Below, one piece after another: positions 1 through 13,553 of a stretch of 64,000 bases of DNA. The DNA comes from Gordius albopunctatus (lineage: Eukaryota): contig OZ193910.1 of the NCBI GenBank assembly GCA_964276515.1, positions 1,302,001 to 1,366,000 on the forward strand. The letters are read 5' to 3'. The stretch's first letter is position 1. The number at the start of each line of letters is the position of its first letter. The notes under the pieces are model-generated. The model saw only the letters and a program-made list of their open reading frames with translations, did not search any database and was not told the origin of the DNA. A program made the translations under genes and the position numbers.

Positions 1-213
1 ATAAAAGTTTGCCATTTGGATTTTTTAACACTTATTTAATATTTTTAATAAAACAGGAGAAATTTTTATTCCGTATATATTTTTTTGAAAGTCGAGACGA
101 GAATCTTCGCCGATACGAGACGAGATTTTTCTAGACTGAGACGAGATTTTCTTAATCGCTCCCGAGACGAGAGGAGATTTTGTATTCGAGACCGAGACGA
201 GATCGAAACACTA
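1..213. mobile_element. Terminus of a non-autonomous hAT-family element (TCTCG/CGAGA subterminal-repeat family), continuing off the window start
   Basis: Ends in ...gagacgagatcgaaacacta (reverse complement TAGTGTTTCGATCTCG), the same end as 11220. Bases 1-180 are the reverse complement of about 12235-12390. Confidence 0.75.
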
Positions 214-289
214 GTAATCTTCAATATAATTATTTACAAAAAATAATTAGATTTATTATATCTAATATTAAAAATAATTGTTTGACATA

Positions 290-730
290 TATTAATTGCT
301 ATGGAATTTATGGACTCAATTTTCATTTGCTTACTGACACGTCCCATTATGCGTCACGTTACACTTTTTAAATCCCGTTTTTTTGCTTTTGCCCCTCTCC
401 GCTGAGTCGGTGAGGGAGTTGTCGTTATGGTATTTATTAAAATTAATATATTTAGAACAATATAATCATACCGACAAAAATATATATACTCGGGCCTTCG
501 GCCCTCGTGGGAAGGGGAAGGGAATGGGGAACGACTCATCTATACTGCGTATAAACTTAGCATATTTGCTATGCAATTTATGGGAGAGAAAGGTGGGAAG
601 GGGCGAGAATGTCTATAGGGGGTATTAAATGCAAAATGATTAATTATTAATTTTTATACAAATTTTTCATATAATTAAAAAAAATTTGGCCTCTCCGGGA
701 TTCGAACCCCAGATCTGGAGAGGCATAAGC
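290..730. repeat. DINE/HINE-like dispersed repeat with a tRNA B-box-like motif
   Basis: ATTGCTATG(G/C)AATTTATGG motifs at about 295 and 565 recur at 10245, 25815 and 63305. Also a hairpin cgggccttcggccc (about 491), G-tracts, and GGGTTCGAATCCC on the minus strand at about 697-709. Confidence 0.45.
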
Positions 731-750
731 CTTTGTAAGGGGGGGGGGGG

Positions 751-1776
751 CTAAGGAAGAGAAAAATCGATATCACTTGTATACAAGAGACCAAATGGAA
801 GTATCAAAAAGTAAAAAACATAGGGGACGGATACAAATTATATTTTTACGGTGCAGAAACTCACCGGAATAACGTCGGTATAGTACTATCGAAAGAATTT
901 CAGCAAACTGTCGTCGACGTTAAAAGAATCAATGATAGAATTATGGCGATACAGCTTTGTTATAAATTTACTACGATAAACGTTATATCAGCATACGCTC
1001 CTCAAAGTGGATGCTTTGAGACGTAAAAAGAGTGTTTTTGGAAGGAGCTTGAAGATGTTCTATCCCGATTCGGTAAAGAGGGAATAATAATTATCGGAGC
1101 GGACCTCAATGGACACGTGGGCAAATCAAGGGGATGATTTGAAAGAAATTACGGTGGTCGGGGTTACGGCCTAAGAAATGAAGGAGGTACGGGAATTCTA
1201 GAAATTGCTCAAGCTTTTGACCTAACAATAGGAAATACCTTCTTCAAAAAGAGACAGGAACATCTTATAACGTACAAAAGCGGCAGCCGTACCACTCAGA
1301 TAGATTTCTTTCTAGTCAACAGAGCGCACTTAAAGTATGTTCAAAATGTTAAGGTAATACCGCGTGAAGTATTAGCCTGCAAACACAAGCTGTTGGTGAT
1401 GGACTTTATATTAAAGGGCAAAAGGTACAAAGAGTAGCCGCTACTATACAATGGATGAAACTAAAGGATAATATTCAACATTTTCAGGAACAAGTAATTA
1501 AACATGCTGAATTTAAGGAAAATACTTCATGTGAGGATCAATGGAATGGTATAGCTGCCACAATGCGAAAGGCGGGACGACAAATACTAGGTGAAAGCAA
1601 GCCCACTAAAAGAATTCTCAAGGAGACGTGGTGGTGGAATGAAGAAGTGCAAAAATGTATAAAGGAAAAGAAGAGATTGTACAAAGTTTTGTATAAAAGC
1701 AAGGATAGTAATGATAAGCAAGTTTACCAAGTAGTAAAAAAAAATTAGTAGCGAAAGCTAAAAACAAGGTGTACAA
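751..1776 (+). pseudogene. RTE-clade LINE, 5' part (APE endonuclease), disabled and interrupted by an LTR element
   Basis: Translates to LRKRKIDITCIQETKW...SAYAPQSG...IIGADLNGHVG...TQIDFFLV...ETWWWNEEV, with stops and frameshifts. Confidence 0.9.
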
Positions 1777-2025
1777 TGTAACGAAGTGGCCGGGGGGGGG
1801 ATAACGCTACATCAAGAAACAGATACTAAATCAAAAGACAGAGAGTATTTTATTAGGACATAGCGAAAGACATATATAAAAGTAGTAATCAATTAAGAGA
1901 TAATGTACGGTATAAACTAAGGTATATTCAAATGGCTAAGCGTATATCGAATTATCTGTGACCGCGCTCAAGTATAGGAAAAACGCGTGTATTCAAAGTG
2001 AAACTTTAAATGCCGCTACACTACA
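1777..2025 (-). repeat. 3' LTR (249 bp)
   Basis: tgtaacgaagtggcc...gctacactaca; direct repeat of 5794-6061 with a 19-bp length difference. Confidence 0.95.
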
Positions 2026-2036
2026 CTTCTCCCCCC
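2026..2036 (-). promoter_or_regulatory. Polypurine tract
   Basis: GGGGGGAGAAG on the minus strand, abutting the 3' LTR. Confidence 0.85.
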
Positions 2037-2037
2037 T

Positions 2038-5000
2038 TTAAGCGGAACCTTGAGGATATCTGACAGTTGGCACCGATACTCTTTTATAGGGAAGTATATT
2101 GTCTTCTGAAATCGCTGCTGGATCTGGTCCTTTGACTGCTCTCATATGGTCGGCGTGTTTTACTCTCCACCCTGGAGATCTGTCATTTTTTACCCAAACT
2201 TTTTGATTTGGAGCAAAATCACGGTATTCCAAACCCTGGTCCCTGTAATACTTTTGTTTCCAAACGGAATCACTGATTTTCTCCTTCCGTGTCCATTTTA
2301 ATTGGTCAAGAGGTGTTCGAAGACTTCTATTGAACATACCTTCCCCCGGACTAATACCCGTGGTGGTATTTATCGTCGTTCGCATATTAAATAAAACTTG
2401 TAATAAATTTTCACGATCGTTCAGGCCTTGTCTCCTCCCCGCAAAAAATTTTCTCTTTATGGTCCTTATATATCTTTCGGCTAGACCGTTTGTTCTAGGG
2501 AGGTATGGTGCGTCCCGAAAGTGTCGAATTCCATTTCTTTTGCAGAAAGTTGTAAATTCATCTGATGTGAATTTAGGACCATTGTCACTTACTATATAAC
2601 AGGAAAGCCCAAATCTGCAGAATAAAACTCGTAAATTATAAATAATGTTAGATGTGTTGATTTGTTTTATAACCATAACTTCCGGCCATTTAGTGAGGGC
2701 ATAAATACAAACCAACCAATAATTATTTGATATTGGCCCGGCCAAATCCATGTGAATCCTTTCCCATGGTTTGTTGGGAATATTCCAGCAGGACATTGGT
2801 ACTTCTTGCGTCAAAGGCCTACCTTCTTGGCAATTATTACAACCATTTACATATTGCTCTATATCATTGACCATGTTGGTCCAATAAACATAGTATATTC
2901 CTCAAGATTTCATCGCTCCAATCCCAGGGTGCCCATTATGTAGTATTTTTAAAACTTGTGACTTTAAACCAGAAGGAATGATAATTCTATCATTGAAATA
3001 TAGTAGGTTATCTTCCAATGATATATAATTCCTTAAATCCAAATATTTTTTAACTTTATCATTAGAAATATCTCCTTGCCAATTATTTTGAAATAATTTA
3101 ACAACTTCTTTTAGAATATCGTCTTTTAAAGTTTCATTAATCAAAGTGTTAAGTCATCAATTAGATTTAATTTAATTAATTTATCTTCAAACTCCTCTTC
3201 CGGATCAGAATAATTTGAAACTGGCATTAAACTTCATAAAGCGTTAGCACATTTATTCGATGATCCCCGCATATATTTAATATCAAAATTATAGTGCTTA
3301 AGTTTCGTCGCCCATCTGACTAAGCGATTATTTGTTACTTTACTCAAATCCCTATTAGGACCAAAAATCCTTTCCAAGGGGCGGTGGTCTGTAATTAATG
3401 TAAATTTCCTACCGTAAATATATTCGTAAAATTTTTGTATAGCAAACATGATTGCGGCAGCTTCTCGGTTAATAAACGAGTAATTACGTTCAGTTGGACT
3501 AAGTGTCCGAGAGGCGAAAGCAATCGGTCTTTCATGTCCGTTAAAAAATTTATGTGAGATAACTGCTCCTAAACCTGTTTCGGAAGCGTCGCATGAGATT
3601 ATAATAGGTATATTATTTTGATATGGAATTATTGTTTTATCTGTTGAGATTAAGTTTTTTATATTGTTTAATGCTTGTTTTTCTGTTATAGTCCAATTCC
3701 ATTTGACTTTAGTAGATGTTAATTTATACAAAACTGAACTTTTAGATTGCAAATTTGGAATAAAACTTTCAAGGTAGTTAAATAGACCCAGGAATGATTT
3801 TAATTCTTTGAGATTAGTTGGTTCTTTAAATTTTTTAATCGACTCCATCTTATCTTCACTATGGTGAATGCCATTTGCATCTATCGTATGACCCAAAAAT
3901 TTAACAGAATTTTTGAACAATTGGAATTTGTTTAGGGACGTTGTTAATCCTGCCTTTCTAATTAAATTTAGTGTTTCTAGTAAATTTTTATTATGGTCTT
4001 CTTTGTTTTTTCCACTTATTATAATATCATCCATAAAAACACTTACGCCTTTTAAGCCTTTGAGCAAGTTTCTCATATAACGGTGAAAGATCATTGGCGC
4101 TGTTGTTAAACCGAAAGGAAGCCTTAACTATTGAAAATACCATATATGTGTGGCTATGTTCAACAATTTTGAACTTACCTCCGAAACTTTTAATTGCAAA
4201 AAAGCATCTTTTAGGTCTATGATCGAAAATATTTTACCTCCCGATATTTCACTTGCGACGTCCTTGAACGTTGGGAGAAGATCGTTATCCTTTGATAGAT
4301 ATTTATTTAATGTCACTCTGAAATCACCACATATACGGACGTCACCGGATTTCTTCCTTTAGGTGTTGCCCATTTGATTGGAGTTGTAGTTGGATCGATT
4401 TTTCTAATAACCCCTTCACTTTTTAAACGTTTCAATTCTTTTTCGATAGCTTGACGCATGGAAAATGGTACCCGTCTCGCCGTGTAGCTTATGGGACATG
4501 CTGTTTTTTCCACCTCAATCACGACTTTAAGGTCTTTAACTTTACCCAATTTTTGACTAAATCTGTTGGAAACTGTTTCAAAATATCGTCTTCCGTTAAA
4601 TATTTTTTTTTCGTCGGAAATAAATTTAATGATTGATGGAAGTGATAATTTATATTTAATGATGTGAGGGATACCGAAAATCAACTTTCCTTTACCTTTA
4701 ATAACATGTGCATCTATGACATGTGATATTTTGTTGACTTCTACCTTGGCATTGCATTTCCCCAAAGTTTGAATTTTGGTTTTGCCATAACCATATATCT
4801 CCGAACCCGGTGTTAGGGGTGGCTTACCTATGCTACGCCACGTTGGTTCATCTATAACTGTGCAAGCGGCACCCGTATCGAATTGAAACGTATATGGTCT
4901 CTCATTGATCCAAACATCAATCTCCGCTTTCGTTATCTCGTCTTTGTTTTTGAGAGCGGATATGTTTCTTGGCGGAAAAGGAGGATTCGACCAGCAGTCT

Positions 5001-5724
5001 CGGGCAAGATGATTTGCTCTCCCACTTCTATAACATACTACTTTCCTGTTCCTAAAAGTGCTAAAATTAGGAACGGTTTTAGAAAAAGTATTAGAATTAT
5101 TATTCCTAATCCCGAATGTTTTATCCTGTCGTACTTTATTTATATCCAATTCGTTGGACGTTTCACCTTCAATTGATGAAAGAGCCAGCGCAAATTTTAC
5201 CGTTTCATCAAACGTTATGTTACCTAAGGGGTATTTGGCCCTTAATTCAATATTTAATCTAGATAATTTGACTCCTAGGATAAATATATCACGTAATTTT
5301 CATCAGTTGGTAAATTATATTTGCACCGATTTATAATATTTTTGAGTTTTATTGAAAAATCTATTATACTCTCGTTAGTTCTCTCCGATTTAAATAATAT
5401 TTCTCTGTAATGGTAAATTGAATTTTTATCTGAATATATCCTTATCAAAGATTCCTTAATTTCCTCATAAGTAACGCTATCCACATCCTTAGGATATATT
5501 TGACTTCTAATTTTACTCAAATGTAAATTTCCGATGTACGACAATAAAACTATTTTTCTAAAATCTCCAGTAATATTTCTAAGGCGAAAAATTAATTTTA
5601 CATGATAAATATTATCATCAATATTTTTAGTTGCATCATAAGGTGCTATATCTCTAACCCTATCAAGAGAATATCCAGAATCTAATTCGGATTTTGACCC
5701 AATGTCCGGCTTCTTCTCCGTCAT
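2038..5724 (-). pseudogene. Gypsy gag-pol (zinc knuckle, aspartic protease, RT, RNase H, integrase), broken into several ORFs
   Basis: CYRSGRANHLARDC knuckle (C to S change), FDTGAA protease, IIDLKDAFLQ and FMDD RT, CDASETGLG and TDHRPL RNase H, LHNGHPG...C..C and HMDLAGP / SDNG / NGLAER integrase. Confidence 0.92.
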
Positions 5725-5778
5725 CTTAATTGATAATTGCTAGAACAATAACAGAGTATATTAGGTGTAGAAGTGTTT

Positions 5779-5791
5779 ATCCTCGTCGCCA
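5779..5791 (-). promoter_or_regulatory. Primer binding site, tRNA-Ser(GCT)-type
   Basis: TGGCGACGAGGAT begins 2 nt inside the 5' LTR boundary and is complementary to the metazoan tRNA-Ser(GCT) 3' end ...AUCCUCGUCGCCA. Confidence 0.8.
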
Positions 5792-5793
5792 AA

Positions 5794-6061
5794 TGTAACG
5801 AAGTGGCCGGGGGGGGGATAACGCTACATCAAGAAACAGATACTAAATCAAAAGACAGAGAGTGTTTTATTAAGTGGATAAGGCTTTATATACACATAGC
5901 GAAAGACATATATAAAAGTAGTAATCAATTAAGAGATAATGTACGGTGTAAACTAAGGTATATTCAAATGGCTAAGCGTATATCCAATTATCTGTGACCG
6001 CGCTCAAGTATAGGAAAAACGCGTGTATTCCAATTGAAACCTTAAATGCCGCTACACTACA
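5794..6061 (-). repeat. 5' LTR (268 bp)
   Basis: Near-identical to 1777-2025. Confidence 0.95.
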
Positions 6062-6066
6062 TACGA

Positions 6067-6385
6067 CGATATAAATGTAAAACTCAACTCAAAGGAAGGA
6101 GAAAGATTGATCTACAAAATGGCAAAGTCAAGGGCCCGAAATTCTAAAGATTACCTAGAATACCGGCTAATCAAGCGACAAAAGGGAGAAATACTAACAC
6201 ACCACAGCCATACACTACAAAGATGGTACGACTATTATAGCGATTTATCAATTGAAAAGGGGCCTGTAGTCGAAGACACTAACCAGGAAAACACAATAGG
6301 AGAATTAAACACAGCGGACTGGATCACGGAAACGGAAGTCAAAGTTGCTATGGGTAAACTAAAGTCAGGAAAAGCTTTTGACGCC
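6067..6385 (+). pseudogene. RTE LINE continuation after the Gypsy insertion, 3'-truncated before RT
   Basis: Removing the LTR element restores KAKNKVY-DINVKLNSKEGERLIYKMAK...ITETEVKVAMGKLKSGKA. Confidence 0.85.
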
Positions 6386-6479
6386 TATTTTAACACCTGT
6401 TGGCCTCATATAAATCTATAGTAAAATTTCTCCGCCTTCCGGTGGCAATACCCCCCCCCCCCTTAGAAAGGACTATGCC

Positions 6480-6980
6480 TATAATGATGTGAGTTCGAAT
6501 CTCGGTGATGGCAACTTTTTTTGTTTTTTTTATTATTAACCCAACTTGATAATATATTGTTCTTGTTAATAACATTGATAATATTGGCTTTTAGGCCGGC
6601 CATCAACTGGCTACTGACCAAAGAAAAAAATAACCATTGGCCAAAGTGTTAATGGTATTTTTTTATTTTTTATATTTGGCTCTTATGTATTTATATTCTT
6701 TTTGACCGTCCCTGGCTACTGACCAATGAAAAAATGGACCATTAGCCAAAGTGTAAATTGAAATTTCTTTTTTATTTGGCCCTAATATATTTATACGCTT
6801 TGACCGCCTACTGACTACTGATCAATAGAAAAAATGATCACTGGCCAAAGTGGGAATCGAAGATTTTTATTTTTTTTATATATGGCTCTTGTGTATTTAT
6901 TTGCTTTTTGCCTTCTGCTGACTACTGACCAATGCGCGGTCGGTACAGAAAATAGCGGGGCTATTGCATGTCGCTACAAC
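6480..6980. repeat. Dispersed repeat with about four tandem 100-110 bp units (ctggctactgaccaa...accattggccaaagtg)
   Basis: Units start at about 6607, 6711, 6810 and 6917. Homologous sequence at 9975-10050 and 63455-63540. Confidence 0.7.
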
Positions 6981-6982
6981 GA

Positions 6983-9880
6983 CTTCTTCTTCTTCTTTAT
7001 CAGTTATTTGGTCCCACATTTGTGGGGTTTGTTTTGATAAGTTTCTTCCATCTTGACGGGGTGAGTGCCATGTCTTGACTAATCTCTTTAGTTTCCATAA
7101 CTTTATCGACTTGCCCTTTCCACGTGACACGGGGTCGTCCTCTTCCTCTCTTCTCCGGTACCTCCATGTCCAGTACTTTTCGATTTATGTCATCCGTATC
7201 CCTCCTTAGTATATGACCATACCACCTTAGCTGATTTTCGTTAATCATGTCCGCCATAGATTGAATACCCATTTTTGTCATGAAAAATTCATTCCTCATA
7301 TGGTCGAGCTTAGTATACCCCAAGCTCCACCGTATCATTCTCATCTCTGTGGCTTGTAATAGCTTTAATTCCGTGGTGTTTAATGCCCATGTTTCACTTC
7401 CATAGAGTAACACCGGTCTTACGATGGATTTGTAAGCTTTGCTCTTCAACCATATTGGCATTTTCTTGTCACACAAAACACCGGATATACTTCGCCATTT
7501 AAGCCATTCTTTTTGGATCCGGGCATTGACTTCTGTTGTGCAACCTCCCTCTTGATGTAGCATCGAGCCGAGGTATGTGAACCTGTCTTCTTTTGGATAC
7601 TTTAGATGGTCATCCAGCGATGGGGTGCCTGTAGCGTTCATTTCCATGTATACCGTTTTTCGATCGTTGACCTTTAAACCATATCCAGCTAAGTGCTTTG
7701 ACCATTTATCGACTTCTTCGAATACTTTCTCTCTTGTTTCCTCGCATAGTACTATATCATCGGCATATAGAATACACCATGGCGAAGGCTTTTGAACGTC
7801 CCTCGTTATCGTGTCTATAAATAAAAAGGGACTTAAAGCAGAGCCTTGATGTAATCCAATATTAACCCGAAAAGGTTTAGAGTCTCCAACTGTCGTCCTA
7901 ATGCAAGAGTTTGAAGCTTCATAAATATTTTTCATAAGCCATATATATGCGTCAGGGATATTTTGTTTCCTCAGGCACCACCATATTAAGTCGCGGGGGA
8001 CCGTGTCATAAGCTTTATCCAAGTCGATAAAAACCATATGTAGGTCTTTCCTCTTTTCACCATACTTATCCATCATTTGTCTCAGGGCGAAGATTGGTTC
8101 GATTGTGGATTTGCCGGCCACGAATCCGAATTGATTAGCCGATATTTCCACCTCGCTTTTCAGCCTTGTTACTAAAATCCTTTCCAAAAGCTTCAAGGAG
8201 TGGCAAGTTAGCTTGATACCTCTGTAATTGCCGCAGTCCTGAGGGTCTCCTTTGCCTTTAAATAATGGTATAATCGTGCTTGCTCTCCATTGATTAGGGA
8301 TTCGCTCTTCTACCAATATCTTGTTAAGGAGGTTCGTCATGGTGGTGACTCCTTCTTCACGACATCCGAGCAATGCTTCCATAGGTATTCCATCTGGACC
8401 ATTTGCTTTTCCTTTTTGCATCTTGTTCATTTGTGTTCTAACTTCATCTTCCTGAAAGAGTTCGACCATATTTATATTTGGCTACATTTCGGGAAGGGAA
8501 TCCTTGTCGTTTGCAATATTCATAAGTTTCTTAAAATATCCTTTCCATCACTTCTTTCGGCTTGAATAAGGTTTGACCCTTCTCGCTTTTGACTATTTTA
8601 AGAACTCCGACATCGCGACTTTTCTTCTCCCTTATCTTGGCCGATTTGTACATAAGCCTATCGCCCCCTTTATGATCCAGTTTGTTTGCCATCTCGGTGT
8701 ACGCGGCATTCTTCGCTTTTGCAACAACTTTTTTTGCGCACCTCTTTGCGTACCTGTACTCTTGATAATCCTCCGACTTTTTTGATTTATACCACCGTCT
8801 ATATAGATTTTTCTTTCTTTCGATGAAATCTTTAACCGATTGATCCCACCACCATAGTTCCCTATTCATAGCTTTGCCTCCTTTGGTCTGTCCTAGAACA
8901 CGAATCGCTGTTTCCTTAATGTCCTTAGATAGCGTCTCCCAATCGTCGTCCACGTCCCTTTGCAACTTCCTTGCACCCAAGAGTGAGCAGGCTTTTTGAT
9001 GGTATTCTTTGTTCGTCGACGTATCCTTTAGCCTTTCGTATCGAATTCGAGGTTCATAGAACTTTCTTATTTCGGGAAATACTCTTCTGTCAAGATCCAT
9101 AACAAGGGGACGATGTTCCCTGGCGATTTCTTCTCCCGGTTGCAATCCTTGATACTCCATAAGTTCTTTCGCCGTATAAGCAAATAGTCGATTTGACTAA
9201 AATGCTTCCCACTTCTATAGGTCACAATATGATCTTCGCGCTTTTGAAAATAGGTGTTAACGATCGCCATGTCATATGCTTGGGATACTTGGAGAAGTTT
9301 TTCTCCTTCTTTGTTCTTCAGACCATGCCCATAGCCACCATGATTGCGTTCATACCCGAGGCGATCTTTCCCAACGTGAGCGTTGAAATCTGCCCCAATA
9401 ATTAGCCTTTCTTCCTGTCCTATTCCTTGTATTTCCTTTTCCAATGAATCGAAGAATATGTCTTTCTCTGATTCCAAACATCCAATTTGGGGGGGGGGCA
9501 TACGCGCACATAACGGTTAGGAGGCCCCCTTGATCTGCAATCTTCACCCAAATTAGCCTGTCGCAACAACGCTTGACTTCCACTACCTTGTCCTTGAACG
9601 ATTCACTTAGAACGATACCGACCCCGTTTCTACGATTTGATGACCCACTGTAGAAAAGCTTGTATCCTTCTCCTAATTCCCGAGCTTTCGTTCCGTTCCA
9701 TCTCGTATCTTGTAGGCAGGCGATGTGTACCTTTCTTCTTTTTAGCATCTGTGCGACCTCGATGCTCTTCCCCGTCAACGTTTCCACATTCCAGCAAGTG
9801 TCATGCCCTTATAAAATTTATTTCTCACGTCTAACCGCACCCCCTCCCTTACAAGAGCCTTTTCCACAAATGGGCTATTT
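6983..9880 (-). mobile_element. Near full-length RTE-clade LINE (APE + RT), frameshifted
   Basis: APE motifs (WNVETL, CLQDTRW, GADFNAH, SQIDYLL), RT (NYRGIKL, FIDLDKAYD, GLHQGSALSP, YADD), RWYGHILRR C-terminus and a (GAA)n 3' tail at 6983-6997. Confidence 0.95.
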
Positions 9881-11219
9881 ATAGCTTTAGACCCGACATT
9901 TTTTTAGACGAACGTGAACCCGACCGCAACGTATTTTAATATTTTTGGACCAATAGCATATCACAATTTTCAAAGTGTTCTTGTTAATAACATTAATAAT
10001 TGGCCGTCTGCTCGCTACTGAGCAATGGAAAAATGCCCATGCCAAAGTGTGATTTCAATATAATTTTTTATATTAACGGAGCCCCCAGGGTAGGGTTAGG
10101 GGCGAATTAGCTAACAATTGATTTACTTTAGCAACTGCCCCTGCATTCCGGATTTCACACAAGTCGGGCATGGATATATACCTCACGTTCAACCCTTAGC
10201 ATTTTCCTATATTAAATTCTCCACGATGTCCCTCTAGATTTAATCATAAATTGCATAGCAAATATGCTTTGTGTATACGTAGTATAAAAGAGCAAGAACC
10301 CTAGTGTGTGATAATTTAAACCAGAGATATGTGCAGGCACTGTGTTCGGCTGAGCGGGTGTTGGGGGCGTCGCCCCCGGCTACGCCCGAAAAACGTATTT
10401 ATTATTTGTTAAAGCCTGAACTGCTGGACTTAGTTTTTAACGGGAAGCTACCAATATGTCATGCTTAAATAAATTCAAATATAGAATGGAGTGAAAATTT
10501 TTAAATGCGACATTATAAAAATATTTTAAGACTAAGGTTGTTAAAATTCCTCAAAAAATAGACTAGTTCCGATTGTTCGTTCTTCCCTCAAAGAAGCTAG
10601 TCCAGTTCAAAGCTCTTACGCTATAGAAAAGAACGATTTCAAGCATAAATTCCCTAAAAGGCACTTTTTCAAAAACGCGTATCCATGTAATTAAAAAGCA
10701 TTTACTGATTTATAATAAATAATCTTACATTCTTTTGCCAAAATTAATATAGAAAATAAGTTGGTGCACTGGAGAGAATAGGTACATACAAATTGTTTTT
10801 GATAAGAAAAATATTGAAATATATAAAAACTATTGTCAATAAATTGGACACATAGACTGCTCATCTCTTATATAAATATTCACGCATCAAAAATTTTGCC
10901 AAAAACGACCGCCATTTTGATAAGTGAAGTAGAGTTTTTATAGCGATGAATTTTATTTGACAAAAATCAATGATCTTATAACATGAAACAAGACAACCCA
11001 TTTTAATCATTATAGCAATTTTAAAAATTCATTAAACATTATAAATTGACCAAAATACATGTTTCACTTATTATAACGGCTGCCAAAATGGAGAACACTT
11101 TTTAAAAGGGAATTAACAGTCTATTAGTCTATAATTGGACATAATCTTTTAACCCGCACTTTAATTTCATAAGCCCTCGATAGCCTCTAAGTCCGAAGAG
11201 GAGCTTTCCAGTTTGTGGC

Positions 11220-13553
11220 TAGTGTCTCGATCTCGTTTCGTCTCGGGTGCAATTATTAAAATCTCAATCTCTCGGCCTAGAAAAATCTCGATCTTGTCTC
11301 GACAAGAATTCTCGTCTCGACTTTTAAAAATAATTATACCATATATTTTTTGTCTGACTTATAAATTATTATATAAGATATAAATTGGTCATAATGGAAC
11401 CAATTTTTTATCTCAAACCCCAAAACACAAGCTAGATGGGTATCTTAAGGCAGGAAGCATTATTGGAGGTGTTATATATACTCCTTGCCTCGAAGGTATA
11501 AAGTTGCTAAACAATAATTTTCATTTCCTGGCTAAGGCTCAATAAAAGGATAAAGTTTAATAATATAATCTTTTAACATAATGAATTTATTGAGATCTTA
11601 TATAATAACGTTAAAATAATGACAAAAATGCCAAAATAAACTTTTGAAGATATCATTATTAATAACAAGTAATTATCTGAACATTTTAAATACAATAAAA
11701 TAGGCATTTTTGTTGGAAGAACATAACAGTTTTGAGATCTTACGTTAATTGCACATATGTAACTTAAAATAAAAAATTTTCTTTAAATCACAATTTACAC
11801 TTCTCCATTTTATTTGATTCATCCTTGAATACTGTGAAATGTTTGGGCAGCTTGCTCTTTTTTGTGTTGGATGATGAACTTGTTGCGCATAAACACATTA
11901 TAGGTCAAAATAATTTTATATTATATAAGCTATACAAATAAGTAACAAATACCCTAAGGGCTACTAACACTATGCCTATTAAGATTATATTACAAATTTG
12001 AAATTTGCGCGAAGCGGATAATTAGGTGCGTAAGTAATTACTATCAAAAGTTTCAAAATCATATTAATTTGCGTTAAATACCCTAAATTTAAATCTCATA
12101 AAATAAAAATTCTTAATTAGCTAAATGAAGACTTAATAGATAAAAAATTAAAGCTGAGATCTCGCTGATAAAATCTCGTCTCGAGGTCAGAATTCTCGTC
12201 TCGATCTCGACTTGATTTTTCAAAATCTTGTCTCGTCTCGGGAGCGATTATGAAAATCTAGATCTCGTCTCGGTCAAAAAATCTCGATCTCGTCTCGCCT
12301 TTTCAAAAAAATATATACGGAATAAAATTTCACCTGTTCTATTGAAATTATTCAATAAGCGTTAAAAAATCCAAATAGCAAACTTTATATTATTTTAAAA
12401 ACTTTAATACACATTTTTAAGTATTTAGCGGGACACGACATCTAATTGACAAGAATTAATTCATAAAGATGACATTTTCTATGAAAGTGCAGACTGAAAA
12501 AATATAAATAAATTTAAAGTATAGAAAATTAAATTTTATCTTTCTAGCAAATTATAACATTTATATCAAATCAACTGTGTTTGTCAACTAAAAATAGACT
12601 TAGGGAATTATAAGTTCTGTCATAGTTAACTTAGTTGCATAATTGAGCAAATTGAGACCCTTCTTTAAATCAAAGTGCACGTATTTAATTTTATGACAAA
12701 AACAATTATAATCAATTTTGTATTTTAATTAATTACCTTCCAATCTAACTAACTTTGCCATTTAATATTAATTTATCTAGTACAGTATAGTTTCATGTAT
12801 TTATTTAATATTGCACAAATATAGAAATTATTGTAATTTAAATGCACCTGCCGACCCAGCTTATAATATGAAAACTAATGCATATGACAAAACTATGTTT
12901 TCACATGTCTTATTAGGTTCAAAAATTTGGGAGGTATACTATTAGTTAAATCATAAATCCTCTAGAAAACTATAATTTAATATTTAATTTATTACGGTGT
13001 CATTAAATACTCTATTGTACTTTTGAAATCGTTAGGCTGGTGCTTAAAAATCTCCAGTTACCTTGGCTTAACTTGTTTAATTATTCAAACTGATTGACCG
13101 CCAATTTATAATTACCGCATTATGCAGGATGAGTAACTGCGAAATTTAAATATGCTTTAAGCCTAACATTTTGTAATATTCAATAATGCTATGGATACAA
13201 ATATGTGATAAATATATTATAAAATTATTCACATACGCTAAGGATCAACCATGCTTGGGTAAATGATTTCCAAATTTTAAATTTTTTGAAAATGTATAAA
13301 ATATTTATTACACTTAGAAATTTTTTAAATATCTAATATATTCCATACATATTGATCTACACTTAATACCTTAAATGTAAACCATGCAAATTAAAATACA
13401 CAATAATTTAATAAAATATAAAGATCAATAAAAGTCGAAATCTCGCCAAAAAATCACATCAAAATTCTCGTCTCGATCTCGACTCCATTTTTCAAATTCT
13501 CGCCTCGTCACCGACACGAGACCGAGATTTTTCTCGGTTTTCCCGCATCACTA
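11220..13553. mobile_element. Non-autonomous hAT element (TCTCG family), internally a head-to-tail dimer
   Basis: TAGTG...CACTA ends with a perfect 8-bp TSD tttgtggc (11212-11219 / 13554-13561). TCTCG arrays at both ends and at 12155-12300. Confidence 0.9.

Larger units (their letters stand above)
1777..6061 (-). mobile_element. Full-length Ty3/Gypsy LTR retrotransposon (Mag-like), defective
   Basis: Two TG...CA LTRs, PBS, PPT, domain order gag-PR-RT-RNaseH-IN, and a 5-bp TSD tacaa (1772-1776) / tacga (6062-6066). Confidence 0.95.

Noticed and set aside
680..730. tRNA gene suggested by GGTTCGAATCCC
   Set aside because: No A-box/D-arm or cloverleaf could be built; only a B-box-like motif in a repeat.
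6590..6935. Regularly spaced repeats resembling a CRISPR array
   Set aside because: The whole units, including the would-be spacers, are homologous. There are no cas genes and the context is eukaryotic; it is a tandem repeat within a dispersed element.
2330..9884. Many plus-strand ORFs of 60-100 aa
   Set aside because: Antisense shadows of the Gypsy and RTE coding regions.
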